From Chrysomallon squamiferum (Eukaryota; Animalia; Mollusca): a stretch of DNA of 64,000 nucleotides. A program made the position numbers and the translations under genes. Every line of letters starts with the position of its first letter. The stretch's first letter is position 1. The stretch lies in assembly GCA_012295275.1 (NCBI GenBank), contig CM022669.1:3348001-3412000 (forward strand), read 5' to 3'. The notes below the pieces were generated by a model. It ran no database searches. It worked only from the letters and a program-made list of their open reading frames with translations, and was not told the origin of the DNA. Shown here piece by piece: positions 12,966-28,859 of the stretch.

Positions 12966-13858
12966 AACGCCGCTCGTGCAGCCAGAAGCTAATCAATCTG
13001 TGCGCTGGAGTAAACCTCATTTGTCGTTTCGTGTGTCAAGTTGAAGACGTCAATCTAAAAGGTCGCCCATTGACCGTGGACAAGCCGACAAGAAGCGAAA
13101 CAGGAGATGTTGAGTACATTATAAATTACTACGAGTTTTCCCTGGCATAACAGGAGGCTGGCATGGCGAGTAACCTGGTTTGGCTAAACTAACGGGACGA
13201 TGTACAATTAGTATTAACGGTACTAATATACTTTCCTAGCAAACGTCTCTTCTCCACAGTTTTTGAAATAATGGGAGGGTATAACATTAATAATATGTAG
13301 TCTTGGTATAAAACTGTTTTCCATGTTTAGCAAAATAAAAAAGATTAAAATGTAATGGTGCTCATATACAGTCTAAGTATAAATCTGTTCTGTATACTTT
13401 AATAAAAAAAAAAAAGAATGTACAGTTAGTAAAAATACGGTTCTCACATATAATCAAATTATATATCAGTTCTGCACTGTTTTATTAAAAATAACGGGAC
13501 TTTACAATTAATAATGTAATCTGCTATATTAGCATAGAACTGTTCTCCGCAGATTACATAAAATAAGGAGAAAAGTTACTATAAAATATGATCAACTATC
13601 CTATTTATCTGTTTCGTAATTTTAATACTAGCTGTTTGTTCAATTAATATGATTTAAAATCGTAATTGACCTCATATATTTTTGTAGAATACAACTTTTC
13701 CATAGTTTTAAAAACAAACGAAGTGTAAAAGTAGAGTTCTAAATAACATTAGAAATATTTGTAACGGTTATATACTTCTGTTGTTCGTAATGTTTTTATT
13801 AATGAATTGTACAATTAATATTTTAAATAAAGTGTAGAACACTGCAGAAACCTAACAT

Positions 13859-13914
<56 letters not shown>

Positions 13915-14480
13915 AAAATAAAATAAAATAAAATAAATAAATCAATCAATAAATAACTAAATAAACAAATAAATAAAAATCCCCCGAAACACAACATACA
14001 AAACTGTTCTTGTCCGTCGTTTTGAAAATGACAGCATTGTGAAATTGACAAATATCCTGTGTAACGGTTTCATATAACGGTTCTTTGTAGTTTTCTAAAT
14101 TACAGGTTTTTATTCTTTACGTTTCAGATGAAATATAACGGTGTTCTCACTGATTTTAATACTAAAGGTTCTGCTTATTTAATAAAGTGTAATGCTACTC
14201 ACACTTTGGTTTTTACGGTTATTTTCTGTGATTGTGAAAAATTTAATAACGGAACCAGAGTGAAAACCCCCATAAAATTAGATAAATGTAATGGCAGTGG
14301 CGGAAAGTCATTCACTATTTATGTATATGTTCATTCTACTTCTGATTTACTGGTATGGAAGTAATGCAAACAGATACTAAACTTACGTCTACCTCCCTTC
14401 TATTTGAAAAAACAGTATTACAGCAAAATAAAATAAAATAAAATAAAATAAATAAAAAATATAAAATAAAACAAAAAAAG

Positions 14481-14524
<44 letters not shown>

Positions 14525-14720
14525 AAGAATTTCCACATCAATGAATTAATTTTAACTGGATGCATGTATTTATGTTCCTTAAATCGGATAACGAAAGCAG
14601 TTAAAATGTTTGGCGATTTCTACTGAACTACATCTGATGTTCTGTGATTTGTTTTGATATTTTTACATTTTAATTTTTTAACTAAAAACTGGGTAAAAGA
14701 CGAAAATATATACTAGTAAT

Positions 14721-14819
<99 letters not shown>

Positions 14820-15053
14820 AAACACGTAAGATTTCTGACCATAGCTAATATAAAAACAACAAAAATAATAATGTTGATGATGATGATGTTAACGATGATG
14901 ACAGTGACGAAACAATGATAATAATAATAATAGTAGTAGTAGTAGTAGTAGCAGTAGTAATAAATAATAATGAAAATGTTCACGGTGGCTGTGATGATGA
15001 TGATGATGATGTTCATACATTATGTAATGATTGTAATAGTGGGTTTTTTCAGG

Positions 15054-15087
<34 letters not shown>

Positions 15088-15706
15088 AAATGATTAAAAA
15101 AATATAAATAAAATAAAAGTACTTAAGAGTAAGAAAAATTTAATGACATCATTATACATAATTAATAACAACTTTTTTTTTCTTCTGTTTTTCGTTTGAG
15201 ATCCTTAAAGTGCGCCTTACCCAAGATAATAAAATACATTCATAATCCTTTCTATCTCAAACAGGAAAAATAGCATAAAAGTCTAGGATTTTAAGTTATT
15301 TCATTTAGGTCGCTGTTAAAAAGAGAATCATAACTTCTTTAATTCTTTTAGAGAAAAACAACAAATTATATGAAATACTAAAAATTATAATTTTTGATAA
15401 AGTAAATAAAATGTTAAAATTAAGGATGGACAAAATTGAAAATGAAAAGAAAAAGAGAATGGAACGTAGGGAGGACTGAATAAATAAATAGTGATAAGGA
15501 TAGAAGTACTATTACTACTACTACTACTATTACTATTACTAATACTATTACTACTACTACTATTGCTGCTGCTGCTGCTACTATACTACTAATAAAATAA
15601 TACATTTTATTATTATTGATGTATGTATATATATATTTTAATATAAGAAGATTACGATATCATTACATAGTGTATGAACATCATAATAATAAACATAATA
15701 ATAAAC

Positions 15707-15737
<31 letters not shown>

Positions 15738-16592
15738 TAATAATAATAATAATAATAAAAAGCATGAACACTAAACACATTAACATATGTAGAAATATAA
15801 TATTAAAATATATCTGTTGTGTGATATATATTTCAGTGTATGGAAAAGATCATAAAGTATTAACCACGTGAAACAGAACTCTGTGTTTCCGTCCTGTATT
15901 ATTGGCTGGTTTTAGCGTGTTCATTTCACGTATGAAGTAACATGATCTTAATGTTCAAGGAGAAGAGTTTAATATTAAAAATATATAAAATATTTAAAGG
16001 TAATAACAATTACAGTGAACCACTGTACAGATATACACGTACTTATACGTAGACGCACATAAAAATCGCCGAAACAGGAGTTTTAATTCTTGTTCTATAT
16101 TGTATTTTACTATATAATAATAAAATCTCCCTAGTCTGCTGTTATCAATATCGTAATAGAATAATGGATGACAAAGAAATATAATGATTAAACTAAATAA
16201 ATAAATTAAATAAATAAATAAATAAATAAATAAATTAATTAATTAAACAAACAAACAAACAAACAAATAAATTAATAAATAAATTAATTAATTAATTAAA
16301 CAAACAAACAAATAAACAAATAAATAAATAAATAAATAAATACGTGTTACTACATTATTCGTAAAACTGGAATTTCTAATCCAATTCGTTTGCGTTTTAA
16401 TACTCATTGAAATTAACCACTGAAATGTTATCTGAAATTTTTTTCTAGACATTTATTGTTCATTTAAAATTTAATTTTAAAAAAAGAATGAATAATAAAA
16501 TATACTGAGCAAATGAATATTGGATTTTCATGAATAAGCCATTATCAACATTTCATTTTAGCACAATGCGCTACTGACAAATAAATTAATTA

Positions 16593-16678
<86 letters not shown>

Positions 16679-17015
16679 AAGTCAGTACGTACCTTTTAAC
16701 AAGAAGTCTATAAAACGGTAAATGAAATTCTTGTCTTAGTACAACAATAAACATAAACGTAAACGTCATAAAGCGTTTATGATGTCATAATGCTTTGACC
16801 TTTAACCTCGAGTTCAGGTGACTTTGTGCACTTGTACGTTAAAATTAATCCAAAGCATTATTAACACTGCTACTCTAACTACTAAATAAATAAATAAATA
16901 AATAAATAAAACTAAAAGAATTGTATCATTTTGTTTAAGAGAGCAAACGGATTAGTATTATAAAAAACAAACAGCAGCAACAAAAACAACAACAACAACT
17001 ACAACTACAACTACA

Positions 17016-17058
<43 letters not shown>

Positions 17059-18183
17059 GTTATTCGGCTTACAAGCGGTAATATTAGCATACTACTATTA
17101 TTTTTATTATGTAAAAGCGAATTTGTTGAATTTCAAAAGATATAATTCATATAAACAACTGTGTACTAGCACCATAACCACCACAACTATCAACATCACC
17201 AACAGCAATAACAACAATAATAATTACAACAAAGCAACAATAGTAATAGCAATTACAAATGCAACAATAACAACAACAACGATGATGATGTAACAACAAC
17301 AACAATGTAGAATAATTATAATATTCGTACGTTTTACATCGCAAGCATAAGACGCAAGTGATCTTAAATATTTATTTATTTATTTATTTACTTTTTAATT
17401 AATTAATTAATTTATTTATTTATAAAAGTAATATTTAAAAACTTCGTAACTTCCCCAGAAAAAATAGCAATGACAATAGCAACAAGCAAAAAATAAAAAA
17501 ATTAAATATAAAATAAAATAAAATACAAATCCATAAAAAAAAATGACAGAGAAAGAGAGAGAGAAAAAACAAATATATATATAATTAATAAAAAAAAAAA
17601 GTAAAAAGTTATTTAAAAAAAAAAAAAATAATAATAATAATAATAATTAAAAAAAAAAAAAAAAAAAAGATACGAAAGGAAAAAAAAAAAAAAAAAAATT
17701 AAAAATAAAACAAGTGAGAGTATTTTTAAAATCTTTGTAGCAGCGAACCTGTCAGCTGTGGAAGTAAAACTGAAGAGAGCCAGGGGCGTTCCCCGAGCAG
17801 ACTTCGCCTCTCACAAAACAACTCATTAGATAATTGTCTAACACAACGCAAACACCGAGCACTGTCACAATAGACCCTAGCGCTTGATTCGAGTAATATT
17901 TTTACAAGACATAAAAACTGCTTGGCCCGGGATAAAGTCTTTTTTGATTTTTACTTTCTCTAAAACAAACGCGTCAGGCGAACTGGCCAAACGCCAGAGA
18001 GTAAACATCTAATGAGCAGGTTGGTTATTCAGGCGATCTGAGATTAAAGTAAATTATTAACTGATGTAAACTGAACACTGGGGTCAGTGAATTTATTTAT
18101 AAAACACTTTCTGCAGTGAGGAGACAGAGGTCCGTGTCAAGAGATGATAATAGTGATGGTGATGATAATATAAAATTAATATT

Positions 18184-18286
<103 letters not shown>

Positions 18287-18749
18287 ACAAGCATAATTAA
18301 AACATAACAAAACAAAAAATGTTTTAGAAAACACTCCATGCAAACGAATAGTTTTATTTTTCTGAACCGAGCACACTGATATAACAAAAGTGAAAAGTAC
18401 AAGGATGTTTAGAAAAACACATTATTTGCTATTATACGTTCATATCTTAAACTGAACAAGACATTTATTTATTTATTTACTTATTTAGAAACGTTAATCA
18501 GTCATTTCTGTTTCGTATATTTATTAAGATATTCTTTCTTACAAACAAACGAACAAATAATTATTGTAGCAGTAGAAGTAGTAGTCTAGTTGTAGTAGTA
18601 GTAGTAGTAGTTGTTGTTGTTGTAATCGAGGTGATAGTAGTCGAAGTAGTAATAAATAATTTCGAAAAGCATTTAAGTGTAAATGAAGGGTTGTTCAAGC
18701 AATACCAGATTAAAATAAACAAACACAAATAAGTAAGTAAGTAAGTAAG

Positions 18750-18838
<89 letters not shown>

Positions 18839-19451
18839 GACAAATACCATGACAATGACACTGATATTTTTCCTTACACTTTCACTCCACACTACAAACC
18901 AAATAACCGCTCTAACGTCACCTCACTTTTTAGTTTTTGTTTAACAGTTTCTACAGCTCAGCTCGCACACGGATTCCACGGCGAGGGGCTGGTTGCGACG
19001 CTGTCGGGTATGCGTTTGACCCAGCGAGTCCTGGTTAAAGCCGATGAAATCCAATATGAACGTCTACACTGACGTGTCGCCGTCGTGTCGGCAGCTCACG
19101 TTATCTGCGAGGTTGGGCCGTGAGTCGAGGGCGGCCTGTGTGGATACGAACAGACGCTTTAGAATTGTCGGTTCCCAGCATTGTACACCGGCTCGTGTTA
19201 GGAATGAATGCGGACATGCTGCAGTGACATTCGGCAAACAAGGGAGAATGTGTTGGTAGACGAAGTTAAATGTTCACATTCACGTTTCGCGTTTTCTTTA
19301 TAAACCGCTTTTATAGATGTCGCTAACAAACTGTTTATTGACTTCGGTACATGTGGCTGAGAAACATACGCAGTTCGATATAATTAAGTGTTATATATTA
19401 TTGTTATTATTATTATTATTATTGTTGTTGTTGTTATTATTGTTATTGTTA

Positions 19452-19486
<35 letters not shown>

Positions 19487-19691
19487 TATTTATTTATTAT
19501 TATTATTTTTTTAATTATTATTAATTTAGAGTTGTTGCAAAAAACGTAATGGTTTTTATTCTGTACAATTTTATTATATTTTTAAATATTTGTTTGTTTT
19601 ATTTTATTCTTTTATTTTATTCTGATTGTTCAGTTACTTTATTTTATAAGGTTGCGTTAACAACCCACTGAACGTAATTAATCAATTAATT

Positions 19692-19725
<34 letters not shown>

Positions 19726-20869
19726 AGAGTAGTAGTAGTAGTAGTAACAGTAGTAGTAATAGTAGTCGTAGTAATAATAGTAGTAATAGTAGTAGTAATG
19801 GCATATGTCTACAACTCTATCAAGAGGCTAGTACTATTATTATTAGTAGTAGACGTCTACAAATCTTTTAAGAAGTTCGCTAACCAAAAATGGAAATTAC
19901 TGCAAACACAACACCTCACATCATAAAAATATAATCTTCAGCAACAAATAACTACAAGATTCGATCAGTTAACGTCGTCTATTAATTTTCCACTGCTACT
20001 ACGACTGCACGTTTTACAATAGTTACGTCTGTTGCTGCTGATGTTGTTATTTCAACTCCGCTGACTTTCGTTTTCTGTTTAGTGCATATGCACCCTCGCA
20101 TAAAGCCAGTACAAGGAATAGTTTCTGGTGACTTATTTTTACAAAAAAAGAATCGTTGTCAAGTTTTTATACCTGATTCAAAATCCACGTCAACGAGGCT
20201 GAAAAAAATACACACAAAAAACCCGTCGAGTCTAATCCTTGTAAATGACTTTCTTTCTCTAGTATTCCGATAGCTGCTGCAACATTTCATACGCCAAGTC
20301 GACAAAAACACGTGCAGCGGAGTTTCCGCGCTTGAAGGGGCGACAACTGACGTTAATCGACTAAGAAAGAGCGACGTACCTGCCACAGACCACCCTCGGA
20401 GAGCGTTAATAATAACTCACGAGCCGCCTCGTGCAATCTCGCGCCTGACATTTGGATCTCGCTAAGACCACTCGAAGATTAAACTATTACGTGAAACGCG
20501 CAAAATATGCTTGTCTGCGGTAATTACACACAACATTTCGCTCGACTTCTTTTCCCCCTGCTTGCTCCTCGGAACTGCGTTTGTCACATTAGGTTTCGTT
20601 TCTGGCAGTCATGTTGGTCACATCTTGTTACGCAGATCCCCAGAAGAACCGTCTACAGACTCTCAAATTTAACATTCTCACAATACGAAACATTTGCACG
20701 TTCCTGCCTGCGCGAGGGTGCGAAACGTCGTAAGAATGTGGCGTGTAGTAAACAGCGCACACGACGAGAGTGAGATGATGGGAATCGTCAACACGCGTCA
20801 GGTCCGAATCATCTGTCTCGTGTAGGTCGCTAGACGTGGGCCTCACCCAGGTCTTCACTACTGAGTTGT

Positions 20870-20895
20870 GTACAACAACACCAACAACAACAACT

Positions 20896-20936
<41 letters not shown>

Positions 20937-21071
20937 AATAATAATAATCATAATGATATTCACAACAAACTCAACAACAACAACGACAACAACAACATTA
21001 ACAATAATAATAATAATAATGATATTCACAACAAACTCATCAACAACAACAACAACATCAATAATAAATAA

Positions 21072-21107
<36 letters not shown>

Positions 21108-21110
21108 CTC

Positions 21111-21150
<40 letters not shown>

Positions 21151-21260
21151 TATTCACAACAATCAACAACAACAATAACAACATTAACAAACAAATAAAA
21201 TAAAACAATCCTAATAATAATATGGTCATAAAATAATAATAAATATATTCAGCAACAACC

Positions 21261-21314
<54 letters not shown>

Positions 21315-21400
21315 TAACAATGAAAACAATCAACAATAATAATGATAATAATAAAATAATAGTAGTAGTAGTAGTAGTAGTAGTAGTAATAGTAATAATT
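20870..21400. repeat. Compound AAC/AAT microsatellite with a recurring ATAATGATATTCACAACAA unit
   Basis: The unit occurs near 20950, 21016 and 21144 within trinucleotide tracts. Confidence 0.85.
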
Positions 21401-21810
21401 ATAATAGTATTCTTGAAGTGACCACCAGCACACCAAGAACAGATTAACATATGCAAAACTTTACAGATTTCTTCTTCTTCAGATCCAAGTTTCAAAACAG
21501 TACATGTGTGTAGGTAAACGTATAGAGAGACTCGGGTTTATTTATTTCCCCCTTTAAAAACTACTGGAACCGGACCTGCCCATACCCCACATGTAATATT
21601 AAGACTCGTCTTGGAACTAAGAATGTGTCACGTCATGTAATATTATTCAAATCAGAGTCATGTGTTACCCATCATTTCCAATATCTCTTTTAATCTAATA
21701 TAATAACTGCATGCGGGGGTCTAGAAGAACACACAAGATTTGTACACAAATAAGAAATATAAACCTGGTTATTCTTAGGTTAGTTCCTAGAAACAGAATT
21801 TTCTTTCAAA

Positions 21811-21883
21811 GACTGTATGAGTTAATATCGTGGCATGTGTTGTGCTGTCTGTTAGAAGATATTTACAAAAGAACCCTTGCTGG
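21811..21883 (+). mobile_element. SINE central-domain fragment (MetaSINE-like)
   Basis: CGTGGCATGTGTTGTGCTGTCTGT...ACAAAAGAACCCTTGCTG resembles the conserved MetaSINE core as I recall it. Confidence 0.4.
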
Positions 21884-22169
21884 CAGTCCATAATATGATA
21901 ATATATGTATTTTACTGAAGTGCAGTGCAGTTGAATAATAAATTACGATTTTCTCCACTTCTACAGTGTAATTAGTATTTAAATAACAAAAAAAAAAGTC
22001 TACTGGTCGCACTAATGAACGTAAAAAATCAAATAAGCTTCCGTTTAAACAAACACGAAATCATACAAAGAAGAAAGAAACAGACGAATAAATAAATGAA
22101 TGAACTGTTTGTATTGTTTCTTGATAATAAATCTACCAATATAAAATAATAAAATAAAATTATATAAAA

Positions 22170-22590
22170 TACTACTCCTCCTCCTACTATTACTACTACC
22201 ACCACTATTAGGACTACTGCTACTACTATTACTACTGCTACTACTATTACTACTACTACTACTATTAGTACTACTGCTACTACTATTACTACTGCTACTA
22301 CTATTACTACTACTACTACTGTTACTAGTACCATTATTACTATTATTACTACTACTACTATTATTACTACTTCTACTGTTACTACTACCACTAATACTAT
22401 TACTACTACGACTATTTCTACTACTACTAATATTACTACTAGTACTGGTACTACAACTACTATCACCACTACTATTACTAGTACCATTACGACTACTACC
22501 ACTGCTTCTACTACTACTACTATATATAGTAGTAGTAGTAATAGCAGTAGCAATAGCAGTAGTACATATGGCTAGTGGCAATAGTAATAA
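22170..22590. repeat. Degenerate (ACT)n compound microsatellite
   Basis: ACT/ATT/GCT triplet tract. Source of the poly-Val and poly-Ser ORFs. Confidence 0.9.
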
Positions 22591-22836
22591 TAGTAATAAA
22601 CAAAATAATACACGTATAAAAAAAATCTGCACATAACTAATGATGAAATTAGCTTCTTTAAAAACTAAAATGAATATAAAAAAATTTTGTAAATGAAAAA
22701 AAATAAAATAAAAAAGTCAAACAAAAATATCTATAACATTTTAATTAACTGTGATAAAATATAAATATTGGTAAGTTATCAGATAGAATTATAAAATAAT
22801 AAAATGTGATGATATTTGTTTTTTATATCCTTATTA

Positions 22837-22868
<32 letters not shown>

Positions 22869-22951
22869 GTTGTTGTTGTTGTTGTTTTTTATTATTGTTG
22901 TTATTTTCTTTATTTTTCTTTTCATTTTTCCTTTCTTTATTTCTTTTTTAA

Positions 22952-22993
<42 letters not shown>

Positions 22994-23109
22994 TTTATTT
23001 TAATATTTTAAATATATCAGAAGGAACAAAGAAAAGAAAAGAAAGAAACCGCTAGCAAAGATACTATCCGTATAAGATCAAACAGAGAGGATCGTTTGTT
23101 TTGTTCAGA

Positions 23110-23380
23110 ATGAAAACACTGACAGGCAGTCTGACAGACAGACAGACGAACTGCAGATAACAAGTTCGGGTAACGCTGGAAGTCAAAGACTTCTTGGCTT
23201 GACGTCATTCAGGCTGACAGACCAATCAGAAGGCGGAAGGCGCGAAGTCTGGCTTTCCAATTCTGTCAAGTGAAGCAGAAAATTCCGGCTGAGTCTGACA
23301 ATGCCAAGTACCGTCAAGTGCCGTCACGAACCTCGATGGCGCGCGAGTTTGTCACGAGATGTCGCGTCTGTCAAATTTCA
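23110..23380. promoter_or_regulatory. Candidate enhancer or promoter island rich in TGACA motifs
   Basis: Several TGACA/TGTCA sites, a full CRE TGACGTCA at 23200-23207, TGACAGACCAATC at 23215-23227 and GGCGGAAG at 23232-23239. Confidence 0.45.
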
Positions 23381-23630
23381 GCATCGCCAGAGTCTAGAAT
23401 TGAAGTCCTTACATGTACACGATTAATACTTACAAGCTTTTAACACTGTTCTTACATAACACTCGATGTTACAGTAATGGAATTTATATTCTTATGCACT
23501 AAAAATACAGGTTTAAATTCGATTTTTGTAAGAAACGAACTTTAAACTTTAAAAGATGAATGAAATATGTATGCTCTTATTTTTCTCTCTATTTAATTAC
23601 ACACACACACACACTCTCTCTCTCTCTCTG

Positions 23631-23741
<111 letters not shown>

Positions 23742-24182
23742 CAGACAGACTGCGAAAGATAAAAATACATACACATACTGAACTAGTGAAATTTGAAACT
23801 TCATTAGCATATCCAAGGTTACAAAGAAGAAAGCAAACTAACTTTGTAACAAAACTCAGAGATTTATGGGAAGTGATAACGGCACGCGCAAGCCTGCTAG
23901 ACCGGAAAATGTCGCGGCGACACTGACCTGCAGCGCCATCTACTGTCAGTTGTGTTACCCGTCACCGTCATGACGATGTTAACCAATAAACGTCACCAAC
24001 GTCAGCTACGCTGGTACATGGAGCTCACATGTCACATATTTCAGGAACGTTGTCATAGTAACAAGAGACGTCTGACGTGTGTGAAGGCAACCCTCAAACT
24101 TCAAACACATACAAAAACATGTTATTAAAAACAACGTCATAACGTCCTAGTGTTTCTGTATAAAAATACCTTTATAGCCTTC

Positions 24183-24431
24183 AGTAGTTTTCTCGGTAGT
24201 AGTCATTCATTTCCTGCAGTAGTTATTCCGGTAATAATCAGTTCATTGCCTATAGTAGTTATTCCGGTAATAGTCAGTTCATTGTCTATGGTAGTTATTC
24301 CAGTAGTATTCAGTTAATTTCCTCTAGTAGTTATTCACTGCCTACTGTAATTACGATAGAAATTAATTATTCATTTCGTACTGTAGTTCGTCCGGTAGAA
24401 GTTATTCATTGCCTATAGTAGTTATTCCGGT
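24183..24431. repeat. Degenerate minisatellite, about 36-bp unit
   Basis: AGTAGTTATTCCGGTAATAATCAGTTCATTGCCTAT at 24218, with variants at 24254 and 24290 and decayed copies on either side. Confidence 0.8.
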
Positions 24432-24795
24432 CATTAATCTAGTTAAAAACATGTAAAAATTATACTATTTTGTAATTTAATTTAGTTTTCTAAATTAAAA
24501 ATTTATTTACTGATTTGAAGGCAAGGTTATAATTTATAGATGATTTTAATAATTCATTTTCTTAGAAAATTTATTTTTTCTTAAATTTTTTTAAACTAAT
24601 TTCAAAGAATACTGGAATCTGTAATAAATATGTTAATTTTGTTGTGCGAGTTGATACAGTTTCCATAAGCATTTTCTTTTATTTGTGATTTCATATTCTG
24701 TCTGTATTACTAATTTCTAACAATAATTATTTGTAAATACTGTGCTGTTTCTGTTCAGTGGTATTCGTCATTCATTTCCTATAAAATTTAAATTG

Positions 24796-25221
24796 AAAGT
24801 AATTTTTATTTAACGACACCAAACGAGCTCTTTGATTTATTTTATACCACGGGCTATTTAACATTATCTTAAATGTCGTTAGATCAAACTAGCATATTTG
24901 TTTTTTCTCTTACCACAAAAGAACATTTAAAATGCATCTCTTGTCATAGTTAGGAATTATCTAGTGATATCTATAATAACCAAATATTCATCATTGGCGC
25001 TAACGGAGAGGAAAAAAAAGAGTTTTTTGACATGTCAAAAAATATAATTTTTGAACTGTTGTTTATTATTCTTAAGGAATGCTACAAATGGACAGAAATA
25101 TATATATAAAATTTATAAATAACAAATCACGGGCATTATCAAGAAAAGGAAACACTTCATTAGAAGCACTGACGAGAATCGATCTTGCTATACACCACGC
25201 CTCAAATTAACCACAGCTAAG
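24796..25221 (-). mobile_element. Decayed SINE (MetaSINE-like), interrupted
   Basis: Left end TTTATTTAACGACACC...GAGC...TTGATTTATT and right end GACGAGAATCGATC...ACCACAGCTA resemble the reverse-complemented tail and tRNA head of molluscan Meta-domain SINEs. Recalled similarity only. Confidence 0.4.
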
Positions 25222-25864
25222 AGTGATGAGTATTTAGAAAAACTGTGACATTTGTTCGAGAATCACTGAGCGAAGATAAGGTGTGTTTCTCGCATGTGTT
25301 TTTTATTTCTCTAACACAGTCGATAAGTACTTGTTGAGATCGGCGACTAGACACTCTGTCTACGGTTACAAGCAGGGGTCACAAGTCAACGAGAATCTCG
25401 AACCAGCCTTAGAGAAAAAACGAGATCAGGTAACATAACTCTCGTGCAGTCTATAATTTCATATTCTCGTCACGTGAGTTTGGTAAGTGATACGGTTGAT
25501 AAAAAATTTAACAGAAGAACGATCAGTTTCATGAAAACGACGAAGCCGGAAAGAAAAATTCACGAACTATATTCACGTTCATGCTATTTTTAATAAACTG
25601 GCGTTTACTGTGTGTTAGTTTTGTCATGTGGTTCACATTATATTTACGTCTGTATAATTTAATATTATGTTTTTCTTCACCACAGTCTACTAAATTATAA
25701 TACAATTTTTATTACGTAGTATTTTATAAGCAAGTGATATTTTAAAAATGTATTTTATTCTCGTTGATGAATTTAGCCAATCTTTATAATAGATATATTT
25801 ATTTAATATCAGAGAATTAGTGTCTTTGTTTCTGTATGTGTGTCTGAGTGAATGTATATGTCTG

Positions 25865-25961
<97 letters not shown>

Positions 25962-26524
25962 TTTTTGTGTGTGTGGTCCTTACATTTTCAGCTGCTGGAC
26001 CTGCGCTTAAATTAAACATTCCCAAATATTTTACATGTTTAATACATTGTTTTGTTCATGTGCAGTGTAAACGAAAGTTCTTCCGGATTCGTATATGTAT
26101 GTATGTATAAAGTGAAACAAGTTGAAAACACCAAAAACAGTACATTATCATTTCCTTATTTATTTTAAATTTATGAAATTTCCTCCGGAAAGGATGTTTA
26201 TGCAACGACATAGGTAATAATACATTAATAAATAAAACTATTTATTTATTTATTTATTTTTAAAAAATTTCGTTTGCTTGTTTTGTTGGTTTGATTGTTT
26301 GTATGTCTGGTAAACGCCCTGGGCGCTAACTCTAGTGTGGGGTCCACCCAGCTAAACCAGACCACCCCAGAAAATATTAAACTAAGTTGTTTGATTCTCG
26401 CCCTTAGAAACCTGAACGTCCTGTCAAGATTTCAAATACAACCGCAAACAGAGGAAACACTTTTCACAAAGAGGGTGAAGAGAGCGGCTCAGATCCGTCG
26501 ACATTTTGGTGCGAGACCTCGCAT

Positions 26525-26583
26525 TATGTTATTGTTATGTTATTGTTATGTTATTGTTATGTTATTGTTATGTTATTATTATG
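26525..26583. repeat. 11-bp tandem repeat (TTATGTTATTG)n
   Basis: About five copies visible. Confidence 0.85.
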
Positions 26584-27345
26584 CAACAACGCGCACGTAG
26601 CCCAGCCGACATAATAATTTCGTGAAATGCTAAATAGACTAGATCGCAGTACAGATGGATTTTTATCTGTTGGTGTGGCGGAACAAAATAGCGGTGTTTG
26701 GTACAATACGTGCTGTCTGGTACCAGCGCTAGAGAGGGGTTTCACGGGGAGATAATAAGGACAAAACGTGTGAGAAAGATAATGCTGAACAGCGGGCTCC
26801 TGAACTCAGTTTTAACCCGACGCTTAAAAAAAAAAAAAAATTTAAAAAACAAAAAATAAAAAATAAAAGAAATAAAATCATATTTATTATTGTCATATTC
26901 CCCCCCTTTTTTTTTTCCACAGAAAAGAAAAAAATTATGTAGGTCTTACCTCAACACACTTTTTATGATATTTGTTTTGCTGTTTCTGAACGGTAACTAG
27001 ATTTCATAATTGTTTTTTTTTTTTTTTTTTTTTTTTTAAATCTGAGAAAAATCGAATCTAAAAGTATTAAAATATCGCACACGCCAGACATCCATTTTCT
27101 AAATTACCAACAGTATTGATTTTTTTCTTCTCTTTTTAATACCTTTTCCCCCCGGATTCATCTTTCTCTGGTTTACATCAGTAATATTTCTAATGAAACT
27201 TCTGAACGTAAAAACAATAGGAAGCAATGGTTGGAATGAGAGAAAGAGAAAGGAAGAAGGAAGAGGAAGAAAAAATACAAGAGATAGAAAAAGAAAGAGT
27301 TAGTAGAATAGAGAAAAAAAATAGATAAAGAGACGGAGAGATGAA

Positions 27346-27778
<433 letters not shown>

Positions 27779-28859
27779 AATCGTGTATAGATAAAATAAG
27801 AAAATTTGTTTTTCTAATAAAATATAAATATTCATAATTATGCCTTTCAATTTATACTAAGATACATTCGCGCACATAATAACATTAATATATATGTATA
27901 TATAATCATAAATGATTGGAAAGTCTTCTTAAAAAGAGTTCAGTGTTGTTTGTAAGGGAAAATGACCATATGTTTGATTATTATCGATTTTTGATTTATG
28001 TTTAACTATATCCGTCTCATCTACTAATGAAAGAACACACTCAGTTAATTAACAAATGGAGTGAAGTAATGGAACTAAATTTGCTTTTATCGTTCATAAG
28101 CAATTTTATTAAAACAAATGTATAGATTGAGGTGACGTGAACTAAAACAGCGTACTCTGAGGTTTGGAAGAAATATATGTACTTACTAAAATTATATTTG
28201 TATAAAAGTGGGATTAGTGAATCCAGAATAAACTTTCTTATATTATTTTATAAATTAAACTTATTTAAAAGATGTATGTAAAATTCTTAATCAGAAACAT
28301 GATGCATTAAAGAGTGCATTAAAATTTTTAAGAAATACTATTTTGTTAAGTACTTGCTCACACAAATACATAATTTTAAAATTATTTTGTAAGAAAGAAA
28401 AACTGAATAAGAAACTAAAAAAAATAATGTTAAAAAAAAAAATGTCAAAAAAAAAAAAAAAAAATAAAGGAAAAAAAGAATATAAGAAAAGATAAATGGA
28501 AGAAAATAAAAAGAAAGAAAGAAAGAGTGTTCAATAACTACGTCTCTTTCACGATATCGGACATTCAGTCTTGCAGTTTTATGAACAGTTTCTGTTCGTT
28601 TTTATTTTTAATTTTCATCGAGATACTTATACTAGAGTTTCCAACAAAAGCGAGGTTGGTAGGTGCTGATCTATCATTCAGTTCGTTCAAACACAAACCG
28701 TGAACGTAGGCGGGCCTGTCATGTTTGTAGATGTGATTCAAATATTGACACTGGTCACAAAACGTTAATACGCCGGGTCTGCAGAAACAAGAGACAGAAA
28801 CGCTAGAATTACCTACCGGTCGAGTACCAGTGTTCCGATGTCAAGTGTCGCATAAAGAA

